A DNA stretch of 64,000 nt. Origin: an uncultured Candidatus Saccharibacteria bacterium. Its GTDB lineage: Bacteria > Patescibacteriota > Doudnabacteria > UBA920. Made by a program: the position numbers and the translations under genes. Positions 56,141 to 64,000 of this stretch are shown piece by piece. Location: contig CAZBAS010000002.1 of NCBI GenBank assembly GCA_964490395.1, positions 18,566 through 82,565 on the forward strand, given 5' to 3'. Within the stretch, counting starts at the first letter, position 1, and each line of letters opens with the position of its first letter. The notes beneath the pieces were generated by a model that did not search any database, was not told the DNA's origin, and worked only from the letters and a program-made list of their open reading frames with translations.

Positions 56141-56895
56141 ACAATGTATCCTGTATGCTCCCTTCGCTTGCGCAAAGAGAACAAGAGTATAAGCAGCACA
56201 CTAAATAACGCTGCCAGCCATGCAACATCGGTTACAAAATCTTGATGGTTTTGGTAGAACCACTGTGCGTCAGTAGGTGGTACAGGAGTTTTTTCTCTAT
56301 CTAACGGAAGCTGTATATCGCTTACCAGAGCAAGACTCAAACACCCTGTTCTTTCTTTTTGCAGTCTTTTCAAGGACACGGCAAACGCGTTGGTAGGATA
56401 TATTTGCACGCACCGCATGTGCGTATCTATAACGTATGCAGTATTTCCTACAAAGCCAATATTTCCATAATCGCCGCCATAGTTAATCCACCACTGCAGC
56501 GCTGCTTCTTCTGGAAACCGTGGTGCAGGGATAAGTTTTAAACGCGGCGTATCGAGCGATGTTACTCTGCGTATATCGTACGCAAGGTTGTACTCTATAC
56601 CTTCTTTGTTTACGGAAACATACACATAGTCGAACGGCTTAAGCTTATTCCACTCTGGGTGAATATGCGTTTCGTGTACTCGAATGGTGCCGTACATAGG
56701 TGCGCCCGTGAGTACTTCACTTACGGCAATGTCTGCCACTGTGCCATCTATGCGCAGCACCGTACCGAGCACAAGCGCATACTGTAAATGATTATGCGTC
56801 ATGCACCAGTCTGGTGTGCATGCAGCCGCAGTAAGCGGCTGACCCAGAAAGAGAAGGAGCGCGAGTACACCAACGAAGCGATATAGAGAAATCAT
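56137..56895 (-). CDS. Secreted/membrane-anchored hypothetical protein with a C-terminal TM.
   Basis: N-terminal signal (LYRFVGVLALLLFLGQPLTAAAC) and a C-terminal TM (VAWLAALFSVLLILLFSL). Confidence 0.45.
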   Translation of the reverse strand: MISLYRFVGVLALLLFLGQPLTAAACTPDWCMTHNHLQYALVLGTVLRIDGTVADIAVSEVLTGAPMYGTIRVHETHIHPEWNKLKPFDYVYVSVNKEGIEYNLAYDIRRVTSLDTPRLKLIPAPRFPEEAALQWWINYGGDYGNIGFVGNTAYVIDTHMRCVQIYPTNAFAVSLKRLQKERTGCLSLALVSDIQLPLDREKTPVPPTDAQWFYQNHQDFVTDVAWLAALFSVLLILLFSLRKRREHTGYIV

Positions 56896-56955
56896 ACAAG
56901 GGAGAAAGTGCTTTCATCATATCAAAAAATCGCCCAGAGGGCGATTTTGTGAGCG

Positions 56956-58824
56956 CTATAAATCTATAATAATAGGCATTATCATAGGCCGGCGTTCGGT
57001 TTTCTTGAATAAATACTCACCCACATCGTCGCGAATGCGTTGCTGGAGGGTGGATTGGCTCATTTCTACATTTGAACGACCCTGGCTCTCAACCATTTTC
57101 CGCACTTCGTGTTTTACCTCACGAATAATGTCTTCGTTACCCTTCATGTAAATAAACCCACGGGAAATTATGTCTGGCTGGTTTACCAGCTTACCAGTCT
57201 TACGGTCTATGGACACTATAATTACAAACATACCATCCTGCGCCATAACCTTGCGGTCTCGCAGCACTACTTCGCCTATGTCCCCTATACCCAGACCGTC
57301 TACATACACATACCCAGAAAAGACCTTGCCCGCTTTTTTCGCCACACCAGCTGCGTCTATTTCTAGTACATCGCCGTTGTCCAAAATAGGAATTCGTTCT
57401 GCAGGCATACCTATGCCCAGTCCTATTTTCGAATGAGCAATAAGCATGTGATGTTCGCCATGAATAGGCACCAAATACTTTGGACGAAGCAAGCTCAGAA
57501 TAATTTTGTGTTCTTCTTGCTGCGCATGCCCGGAAGTGTGAATGTCGAGCATCTTATTGTATATCACTCTGGCGCCTTCACGAGTGAGGTTGTCTATAAC
57601 CTCTACAATGGACCGTTCATTACCCGGAATAGGTGAAGCCGAAATAACCGCAGTATCCCCTGGCTTAATCTGTATGGAACGGTGGTCGCCGCGGGCCATA
57701 CGCGCAAGACCAGCAGACTCTTCACCCTGCGCACCGGTAGTCATAATGATGACCTGGTTGTCGGGTAGCTTGCTAATTTGCTCTGGCTTGATAATGGTTT
57801 TTGGTTGAAACTTTAAGTACCCAAGCGATATACCAAGCTCCACGTTGTTTATCATAGAGCGACCTACCACAGCAACTTTGCGGTTGTATTTTGCAGCGAT
57901 GTTTAGCACTTGCTGCATGCGAGCAAAAAGCGAAGAGAACGATGCAAAAATAATGCGCCCTGGAGCTTCATCGAAGATACGGTCTATGGTACCGCCTATT
58001 TCCGACTCCGATGCAGTATAGCCAGGCTTAGCTGCGTTGGTGGAATCGCTCATAAACGCGAGCACACCTTCTGCGCCGTATTTTGCTATTTTAGAAAACT
58101 CAGCCGGAGCCTCACCAACAGGAGTATGGTCTATTTTCCAGTCACCACTGTGTACCACTTGGCCAATAGGCGTGGTAATAGATAGTCCTACCGAATCTGG
58201 AATGTTGTGATTTACCCCGTAGAAGCGCACCTTGAAACTACCAAGCGGTACCATGTCGTCTTTTGACACTGTATTAATGCGCACCTGTTCGGCCATGTTG
58301 AACTCTTCCAAACGTTTTTGGATAAGACCTGCAGTAAGCGGCAAGGTATAGATAGGCGGATTACCAATTTTTGGCAAAATGTACGGCACTGCACCCATGT
58401 GGTCCATATGCCCATGGGTAATAAAAATACCGCGAATGTTTTGCTTGCGCTCTTCTAAGTAAGTAACATCGGGAATTATGTAATCTATGCCGGGAGTGGT
58501 TTCGTCGGGAAACGCAAACCCTACGTCAACAATTATAATATCGTCGCCGTATTCATAGACCATCATGTTCGCACCGACTTGCTCGAGACCGCCGAGTGGA
58601 ATTATGCGAAGGTTACGAGAAGTGTTTGGCCGAGTAGTCGCGCCTGCTGTTTGTACGGCAGGAGTACGTCCAGACCTAACAGTGGGAAGAACACTCGTAG
58701 AAGGTTTTTTAGGAAACGGCCTGGAACGACCGCCAACACTGCCGGAGCGTGGCGCTGAAGAATTGGGTTTATTCATAAATAATTTTATATCCTCAAATGA
58801 AACTCGCCTTCTACGCAACAACAA
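56956..58824 (-). CDS. rnj: Ribonuclease J (beta-CASP metallo-beta-lactamase RNase) with an N-terminal basic, low-complexity extension.
   Basis: HGHMDHMG motif, beta-CASP region and a C-terminal domain. The first about 70 aa are disordered and Arg/Pro/Ser-rich; the true start may be the internal Met at about 58776. Confidence 0.88.
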   Translation of the reverse strand: MLLRRRRVSFEDIKLFMNKPNSSAPRSGSVGGRSRPFPKKPSTSVLPTVRSGRTPAVQTAGATTRPNTSRNLRIIPLGGLEQVGANMMVYEYGDDIIIVDVGFAFPDETTPGIDYIIPDVTYLEERKQNIRGIFITHGHMDHMGAVPYILPKIGNPPIYTLPLTAGLIQKRLEEFNMAEQVRINTVSKDDMVPLGSFKVRFYGVNHNIPDSVGLSITTPIGQVVHSGDWKIDHTPVGEAPAEFSKIAKYGAEGVLAFMSDSTNAAKPGYTASESEIGGTIDRIFDEAPGRIIFASFSSLFARMQQVLNIAAKYNRKVAVVGRSMINNVELGISLGYLKFQPKTIIKPEQISKLPDNQVIIMTTGAQGEESAGLARMARGDHRSIQIKPGDTAVISASPIPGNERSIVEVIDNLTREGARVIYNKMLDIHTSGHAQQEEHKIILSLLRPKYLVPIHGEHHMLIAHSKIGLGIGMPAERIPILDNGDVLEIDAAGVAKKAGKVFSGYVYVDGLGIGDIGEVVLRDRKVMAQDGMFVIIVSIDRKTGKLVNQPDIISRGFIYMKGNEDIIREVKHEVRKMVESQGRSNVEMSQSTLQQRIRDDVGEYLFKKTERRPMIMPIIIDL

Positions 58825-59017
58825 GCAGCCGCCAGGGCCGCTCTATAGAATATACCTGTTAGTATTGGCGAAGGATAAACAAATAAGAAGCAAAGTTTAT
58901 CTAAAAACATTGACTCTTATTTGCATACCTCTCTATGTATTATACAGATAAGTGGTACTATTAGCAAGCACAAACCCCTCCGGGGTCTCACATTCTATAC
59001 CGTAGCTACAGACCCAC

Positions 59018-59560
59018 CTACCCGACAAACTTAGTTACCTGCGCAGCCAATGACTGGTAGTTAACAGCCTCAAAACTGGTAGTATCTACTTCGCACACTG
59101 TCCCAATACCCACCGCCTCATGTTGGCCCAAGTCAACATACCTACCCTCTAAAAAAGTATCTACGTGTCCAGGGTGCCGCTCGCCCGAAGTGACCCTACA
59201 CTTTGCACGATTGAGCAAAATTTCTTCTGGGGCATGGCAGTGCAGCTCTAAGACTTCGGCTTGATATGCATCAACCAATTTTTGCACATGTGCAGTATCC
59301 AATTGCGGTTTGAAATTTGCTTCGGCAATGACACTTCTACCAGCCCTGAGCTCTTTCTCTATAGAGAAAAATAATAATCTAATGGCAGCAACACCAAGCT
59401 TCTTTGACCACTCCTTATCTGACCAACCCAAACTATCAAACAGCTGCTCTTTTATTTCATCCTTACAAAAATAGGGAATTCTAGTAGCTTCAGATATAAA
59501 CTTGGCTAAATATGTTTTTCCCGACCCAGTAGGTCCGGAGACTATAATGAGCTTACTCAT
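59018..59560 (-). CDS. P-loop kinase (AAA/zeta-toxin/chloramphenicol-phosphotransferase-like).
   Basis: Walker A SGPTGSGKTY at the N-terminus; 180 aa. Confidence 0.5.
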   Translation of the reverse strand: MSKLIIVSGPTGSGKTYLAKFISEATRIPYFCKDEIKEQLFDSLGWSDKEWSKKLGVAAIRLLFFSIEKELRAGRSVIAEANFKPQLDTAHVQKLVDAYQAEVLELHCHAPEEILLNRAKCRVTSGERHPGHVDTFLEGRYVDLGQHEAVGIGTVCEVDTTSFEAVNYQSLAAQVTKFVG

Positions 59561-59650
59561 ATAGGTACAATAGCAAATTTACTTAATGTGACTCTACTTT
59601 ACCCCCCATACAAAATAATCGCACACATGTGCGGTGATTTTGCGCAAGTA

Positions 59651-59908
59651 CTAAAGTGCCAAATAATTTCTAAGCTGCTTGTGTAAATAAACTCTGCCGG
59701 AGCCGCTCTTCAAAAACTTCTCACGCCCGAGAGCGTCGGCTTTGAGCCAATATGCTTCGTAGTAAATAAGCCTCCACTCCAGTTTTCTTGCTGTAGTGCG
59801 GGCACCAGTTCCGTTATTGTGCCTGGCAACCCGGGCGCGAAGATCGCCTGTTTGTCCAATATACCAACTTTTGTCTTGCTGGCATTCCAGGAGATATACG
59901 TAGTGCAT
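59651..59908 (-). CDS. Small GIY-YIG nuclease family protein (YhbQ/UPF0213-like), paralog 2.
   Basis: MHYVYLLECQQDKSWYIGQTGDLRARVARHN...; same family as 21763..22011. Confidence 0.7.
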   Translation of the reverse strand: MHYVYLLECQQDKSWYIGQTGDLRARVARHNNGTGARTTARKLEWRLIYYEAYWLKADALGREKFLKSGSGRVYLHKQLRNYLAL

Positions 59909-59961
59909 ATTTTTTGGCCCCGTAAAGCTTGCCTAACGGCTTCGCCACGGGGCTCACGTAA

Positions 59962-60046
59962 AACTCGCTCGAGAACTTACCCATCATTGTAGCAAGCTTT
60001 TGTGGGGCTTGCCACGTGACGAGTGAGTCTTCGAGCGAGTTTTACG
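59962..60046. repeat. Large hairpin (16-bp perfect stem CGTAAAACTCGCTCGA / TCGAGCGAGTTTTACG, loop of about 52 nt) between tRNA-Trp and the GIY-YIG gene.
   Basis: Direct read; the loop contains TTGCTACAATGATGGG (a possible -10 in GIY-YIG orientation). Confidence 0.6.
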
Positions 60047-60120
60047 TGGCAGGGGGTGTAGGAATCGAACCCACGCGAGCGGTTTTGGAGACCGCCGTAC
60101 TACCACTATACGAACCCCCC
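60047..60120 (-). tRNA. tRNA-Trp (anticodon CCA).
   Basis: Manual fold. Acceptor GGGGGGT/ACCCCCT, anticodon stem GCGGT/ACCGC, loop CTCCAAA, T-arm GTGGG-TTCGATT-CCTAC, G73, CCA encoded. Confidence 0.85.
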
Positions 60121-60199
60121 AAGCCGCCCGGGGGCGGAATGACCAAATTCCTAACGTCCAATTTCATTAGACATTAGGAATTGGAAATTGGATATTTTC

Positions 60200-60367
60200 T
60201 TATTTCGTTTCTCTGTGCAAAGTTTTCTTCTTGCAGTGCTTACAAAACTTTTGGAATTCTAAGCGCTTGCGGTTGTTTGCAGTAGCACTTTTCTTGTTGC
60301 GGCGAGACTGGTAGTTCAAGTGCTTGCACACGGTACACTCGAGGTGTATGAGACGTTCTTGGGACAT
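60200..60367 (-). CDS. rpmG: 50S ribosomal protein L33.
   Basis: 55-aa [58 protein letters not shown] with the L33 Cys4 zinc-ribbon pattern (C..C...C..C) and the classic context next to tRNA-Trp. Below the 60-aa ORF-track threshold, so found manually. Confidence 0.8.
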   Translation of the reverse strand: MSQERLIHLECTVCKHLNYQSRRNKKSATANNRKRLEFQKFCKHCKKKTLHRETK

Positions 60368-60609
60368 ATCTTAATGACCTTTGACGCTTAACAAATGACA
60401 TCTAGCCACTATATACAATAGCAAGCTAATGACCAAATGTAAGTGGTTAATTGTTTTACTTCGCCTTACAGTGCCATATATGTTTCGCTACACTATATAT
60501 AACACTCCAGGCATTACTTAGTTTATAAAGTTCGTAAAGTGAAAAGTTAGTAAAGTAAAACAAATGTCTAACTTTATAAACTTTAAAAACTTAATGAACT
60601 CAATACTCG

Positions 60610-60665
60610 CTCCGCTAAGCGGAAGCTGGACCCGCTAAGCGGGTCTGTCACCACGCTAAGCGTGG
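60610..60665. repeat. Three tandem short stem-loops, each with a GCTAAGC core (CTCCGC-TAA-GCGGAAG, GACCCGC-TAA-GCGGGTC, CACCACGC-TAA-GCGTGGTG), directly 3' of tRNA-Thr.
   Basis: Direct read of the sequence. Confidence 0.6.
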
Positions 60666-60741
60666 TGGAGCCGGCTGTCGGACTCGAACCGACCACCTAC
60701 GGTTTACAAAACCGTTGCTCTACCGGATGAGCTAAGCCGGC
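60666..60741 (-). tRNA. tRNA-Thr (anticodon UGU).
   Basis: Manual fold. Acceptor GCCGGCT/AGCCGGC, D-arm GCTC-ATCCGGTA-GAGC, anticodon stem ACGGT/ACCGT, loop TTTGTAA, T-arm GTCGG-TTCGAGT-CCGAC, CCA encoded. Confidence 0.85.
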
Positions 60742-60892
60742 CAAATGTATTACACGCTATTTGAAACCATGTGTACCGTTACTGCGAGGCAGTTACCGGA
60801 TATCCGCCAGCTGGCGGACGGCCAAATGTGCGTACCCACTGGCTAGACACGCACAAGAACTGTACCACAATCCCCTCCTCATGTCCAGAAGC

Positions 60893-61210
60893 TTATGGCT
60901 TACCTTTGGTATAATCTGTTTCACCCAACACCTGAATACGGCGCCTAAATCGCAGATACCGCACAGCCCCCATGGCCATTATGCCTACACCAAGTATTAC
61001 TAACATCATACCCGTACTTCTCAAAAGTACATCGTGGAAGAGGTTAAAACCAGTCACCCCAGAGACCAATGTAGTTAAGCCGGTACGGTAATACGCCAAA
61101 AGGGAACGTTCATTTGAAAGCCGTGTTCGGTCTAGGGCTAAATAATCCCGAATAATTAAATCGTCTCTGGGACTTACGGTAGGTTTCCACCGAGGGAACT
61201 GTAATTTCAT
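60893..61210 (-). CDS. DUF202 (YidH-like) domain membrane protein.
   Basis: AAGGAG SD 9 nt before the ATG (MKLQFPRWK); signature RDYLALDRTRLSNERSLLAYYRT followed by two TM helices. Confidence 0.65.
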   Translation of the reverse strand: MKLQFPRWKPTVSPRDDLIIRDYLALDRTRLSNERSLLAYYRTGLTTLVSGVTGFNLFHDVLLRSTGMMLVILGVGIMAMGAVRYLRFRRRIQVLGETDYTKGKP

Positions 61211-61380
61211 GTTTTTCTTCTCCTTTTTAGTATTTCTATACATAACTATACTAAAATTATATGAAAAATATACCTGTTACTATCTTTTCCGGAAAAATAT
61301 TGTATACTATATAGTAGTTATCTGGGTATCCGCCTTGAAAGAAACACCAACGAGTACAGAACGATTGGATAACACTTTCC

Positions 61381-63411
61381 ATGGAAACACTTGAAACAAA
61401 TGTTGCCAAAATTCAAATAGGCAACAGTAAACAAACAAATACCTACGTTACCACTCTTGCAGAGCGCACGGTTCATGAAGACTGCGAGCTCTTTGCCGTA
61501 GTCGCACTCCCCCTTTTAAACCCCGCAGCAGCCGATGATTGCGAACGCATAGGCAGCGGCATACTAGGAGCACTGCGTCGTTGTTTTAAGCGAAGCGCAA
61601 ACGAGAATACGTTCGAAGTCGCGTTGGGTGAAATAAACGATGAAATAGGCAAACTTGCAAGCCTTGGCCAGCATAACTGGACCGGCAAAATTTCTGCTGT
61701 TATTGGCGTACGTCTGGGCAGCCGTTTTTATGCTGCTGCAACTGGTAAGGCAAGCGCCCTGCTCATGCGCGCGGGTGAATTTAACGAAATCACAGAAACC
61801 TCAAATCCCAAGCACGTCCTAAAAACCTTTGACACTTTTTCCGCAGGAAAAATAAAGGTTGGTGACGTGCTTATTATCACTACTGCTGAGTTGTTTAACC
61901 ACGTATCTATAGATCGCATAAAGAATATTCTCAGTCAAAATACTTTGGAAATTGCTGCACAGGAAATGGTGCGCATCATAGAAGACACTGCGGGTCCTGA
62001 AGTGGCTTTCGGCACTCTACTGCTCCAGGAAACCGAACCGCTTATTGCAAGCAGTGAAGGCATTCAAACCAGCGACTTTACAGCCCAGCCTGGTAAAAAT
62101 AAATTACTAGACGGTCTTTCGGACAAAGCAAAGCAGGTCATGAGTCGCGAGTCGGCACTAAAAATATGGCAAGCGGTCCGGACCGCTACCAAGCGCCGTC
62201 CCAACCTGAGTATGAAAAAACTTTCGGGCATGGCCCTTGCCGGCGGGGCATCGGGACTTTCACGCATTAAAGAACAAGCCCAAAATTATAAAAATATAGA
62301 CTTTAAAGCCCCGGTCTCCATGTTTCGTGGGTTCAGTAAGTCTAAAAAGTTTTTCGCTATTTCCGTACTCGTACTACTACTCGCTCTGGTTATAAATCTT
62401 TTTGTTGCTCGGGGTAAGCGAAACGACAGCAGCTCCGCCACAACTTTTGAACAAAATAAAACTGCAATTGTAAAAATACTCAGCGACGCAGACAGCAAAC
62501 TGGTATTTAAAGATGAGCTCGCCGCAAGCACCTTAGTAAACGAAGCGCGCGAAAAAACCCAGGGACTCGCGCCCGCAAACACAACGCAAGAAGGTGCAAA
62601 GGCGGACTTAGAAAAACAAGTTGCGGAGCTCACCCAGCGCATTAACAAAATAGAAACTCCAGCCATAACGGCTCTTGCCACACTTAGCAGTGCTGGTAAC
62701 CTTATTGCACTTCCAAATGTTCTTGCAACTGCTACAGGTAAAGTAGTAGTAAGCTATAACACGAACACTAAAACCACGGAAGACGGTACTCTGCGAACGA
62801 ATACGGATATAGTAGACAGCGCCTACGTATCCGATACCCAAGTCTTGGTATTCGACGGACAAGGGCTCAATATGTGGAACTATAGTAAAGGTACTAACGG
62901 TCCGGAATTTTTCCTCAATGTCCCAAAAGCAGCTGACTTTATAGGCTTTGTTCGTTATCCCACGAACAATCGGGCCTATACGGCAGATAAAACCTTGGGC
63001 CAGGTTATTAGCTATCTCATAACTGGCAGCACCATTAGTAAACCACTCGTATCAGTAAAAGATAGCGCCATAAAAGATGCACAGGACCTGGCAGTAGATG
63101 GCAGCGTCTACGTCCTCACCACCACAGGAATACACAAATATACCGCTGGCAAACCAGTTGCATTTACTTTCCCTGTACTCGCCGAAGCCTTCTCGGGCAA
63201 AGGCAAGCTATACACAGATGCAAAATCTAAAAACCTATACGTGCTCGATAGCAACGGCCGAATAATAATTACCGACAAAACCGGCAAGCTTACAAAAATC
63301 CTCCAAAGCGACAACCTCAAAGGAGCAAGCGACTTCACCGTAGACGAAGCAACAAAAGCAATGTACATTCTCCGTTCTGGTAGTTTGCTCAAAGTAGATT
63401 TCTCTTTATAA
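61381..63411 (+). CDS. Large membrane protein: N-terminal cytoplasmic domain, single TM, C-terminal extracytoplasmic beta-rich domain.
   Basis: 676-aa ORF with a TM at about residue 320 (FFAISVLVLLLALVINLFVA); no confident family (possibly a PP2C/SpoIIE-like N-domain); terminator hairpin at 63426..63462. Confidence 0.5.
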   Translation: METLETNVAKIQIGNSKQTNTYVTTLAERTVHEDCELFAVVALPLLNPAAADDCERIGSGILGALRRCFKRSANENTFEVALGEINDEIGKLASLGQHNWTGKISAVIGVRLGSRFYAAATGKASALLMRAGEFNEITETSNPKHVLKTFDTFSAGKIKVGDVLIITTAELFNHVSIDRIKNILSQNTLEIAAQEMVRIIEDTAGPEVAFGTLLLQETEPLIASSEGIQTSDFTAQPGKNKLLDGLSDKAKQVMSRESALKIWQAVRTATKRRPNLSMKKLSGMALAGGASGLSRIKEQAQNYKNIDFKAPVSMFRGFSKSKKFFAISVLVLLLALVINLFVARGKRNDSSSATTFEQNKTAIVKILSDADSKLVFKDELAASTLVNEAREKTQGLAPANTTQEGAKADLEKQVAELTQRINKIETPAITALATLSSAGNLIALPNVLATATGKVVVSYNTNTKTTEDGTLRTNTDIVDSAYVSDTQVLVFDGQGLNMWNYSKGTNGPEFFLNVPKAADFIGFVRYPTNNRAYTADKTLGQVISYLITGSTISKPLVSVKDSAIKDAQDLAVDGSVYVLTTTGIHKYTAGKPVAFTFPVLAEAFSGKGKLYTDAKSKNLYVLDSNGRIIITDKTGKLTKILQSDNLKGASDFTVDEATKAMYILRSGSLLKVDFSL

Positions 63412-63425
63412 AAAGACAATAGTAA

Positions 63426-63462
63426 AAGCGGCTGGCACACGAAGTCCAGCCGCTTTGTTATT
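63426..63462. terminator. Bidirectional rho-independent terminator.
   Basis: AAGCGGCTGG-CACACGAAGT-CCAGCCGCTT followed by TGTTATT, between convergent genes. Confidence 0.65.
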
Positions 63463-63478
63463 CTCGTTCTTGTTTGGC

Positions 63479-63934
63479 CTATGCCGCTTTCTGCCGCAGC
63501 CGCGCTTTCGACTCACGCTCTTCGTACTTCTGAGCACGAAGATACATTCGAGTTGCCTCAATGGCTTTCCCGATTTCCGTGAGTGCACCTTGCGGACTAC
63601 GCCCGAACGCAGTCACCCAGTATGCAAGCGCCCGCAGTGTTCGCTCTCTGTCGAGTGGCAAAGAGATGTCGTTCAAACGACCAAGCAGCTCCGCGAACGG
63701 ATTGCCGCCAGCCCGAGGCCAGCTCTCTTGAGCGGTGTGTAAGGCTTTCTCTACAGCTCGTAGCAAAATTTCTAAGGCGTCGTTGTGTTCATAAAGAAAC
63801 TCAAACGCCAAATTATCTGCCACGCTCTGCCCAGGAGCCTCCACAAGCTTAACTGCGACAAATGAGTGACCGCTTTTTGCTACCACTTCGTACCCAGCAT
63901 GGGTAGAAGGAAGCCAAATACGGTACTTAACCAA
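63479..63934 (-). CDS. Hypothetical protein (alpha-helical); the gene may extend to or beyond the window edge.
   Basis: 151-aa ORF from the ATG at 63934; no family recognised. Confidence 0.35.
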   Translation of the reverse strand: MVKYRIWLPSTHAGYEVVAKSGHSFVAVKLVEAPGQSVADNLAFEFLYEHNDALEILLRAVEKALHTAQESWPRAGGNPFAELLGRLNDISLPLDRERTLRALAYWVTAFGRSPQGALTEIGKAIEATRMYLRAQKYEERESKARLRQKAA

Positions 63935-64000
63935 GTTGTTTTTCAGGCTGACATATGCACCACTGCTTTGTTGAACTTCTACTTCAGAAACGAAGCAGGT

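Overview
This 64 kb window is gene-dense and almost entirely coded on the minus strand. It looks like a small-genome bacterium; the PilB that lacks the long N-terminal domains of typical PilB/GspE, the 130-aa ATP synthase delta subunit and the N-terminally extended RNase J suggest a reduced, possibly Patescibacteria/CPR-like lineage, but that is inference only.

Recognisable content, in order along the window:
- A partial GT39-like membrane protein gene at the left edge.
- A large secreted Ig-like surface protein.
- An exopolysaccharide-type locus: two carbohydrate-binding-module (CBM)-polysaccharide deacetylases, a standalone CBM protein, a Cys-rich small protein, a GT2 processive synthase and a UDP-glucuronate decarboxylase.
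- A complete F1Fo ATP synthase operon (atpI-like, B, E, F, H, A, G, D, C).
- tRNA-Thr(CGU) and tRNA-Gly(CCC), each next to a small GIY-YIG nuclease gene.
- A fragmented dcw-type cell-wall cluster: mraY, an inserted D-aminoacylase, murD, ftsW, a DUF4012 protein, murJ and lepA.
- A type IV pilus locus: major pilin, four pseudopilins, pilC and a short pilB, bracketed by two PaaX-like winged-helix regulators.
- A run of small enzymes: Nudix hydrolase, M13 peptidase, def, C39-like peptidase, P-loop kinases, HAD, HIT, SAM methyltransferase, peptidase E and RNase J.
- tRNA-Trp - rpmG - tRNA-Thr(UGU).
- A DUF202 protein and a large membrane protein.

The most unusual signals:
1. Each PaaX-like gene is flanked on both sides by about 40-bp perfect palindromes with compensatory divergence, and a similar GCGGCCGC-centred perfect palindrome sits in the major pilin promoter.
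2. A roughly 100-nt hairpin element family (paired CCCCTCCTA-n3-TAGGAGGGG-type stems) is inserted in-frame twice inside atpG (translated as ...DVSSGSPP(R/K)VGG...). A half copy forms the C-terminal tail of the AtpI-like protein and another lies in the mraY leader. This parallels Rickettsia palindromic elements.
3. Every one of the eight intergenic junctions of the atp operon, and many others, carries an AT-rich long imperfect inverted repeat built from tandem 6-8-nt units. One such low-complexity block is also inserted in-frame in lepA.
4. A GC-rich palindromic repeat family ('GTCATTCCCGCGAAGGCGGGAAT' type) is present in two copies.
5. Both GIY-YIG genes lie directly behind a tRNA plus a large hairpin.
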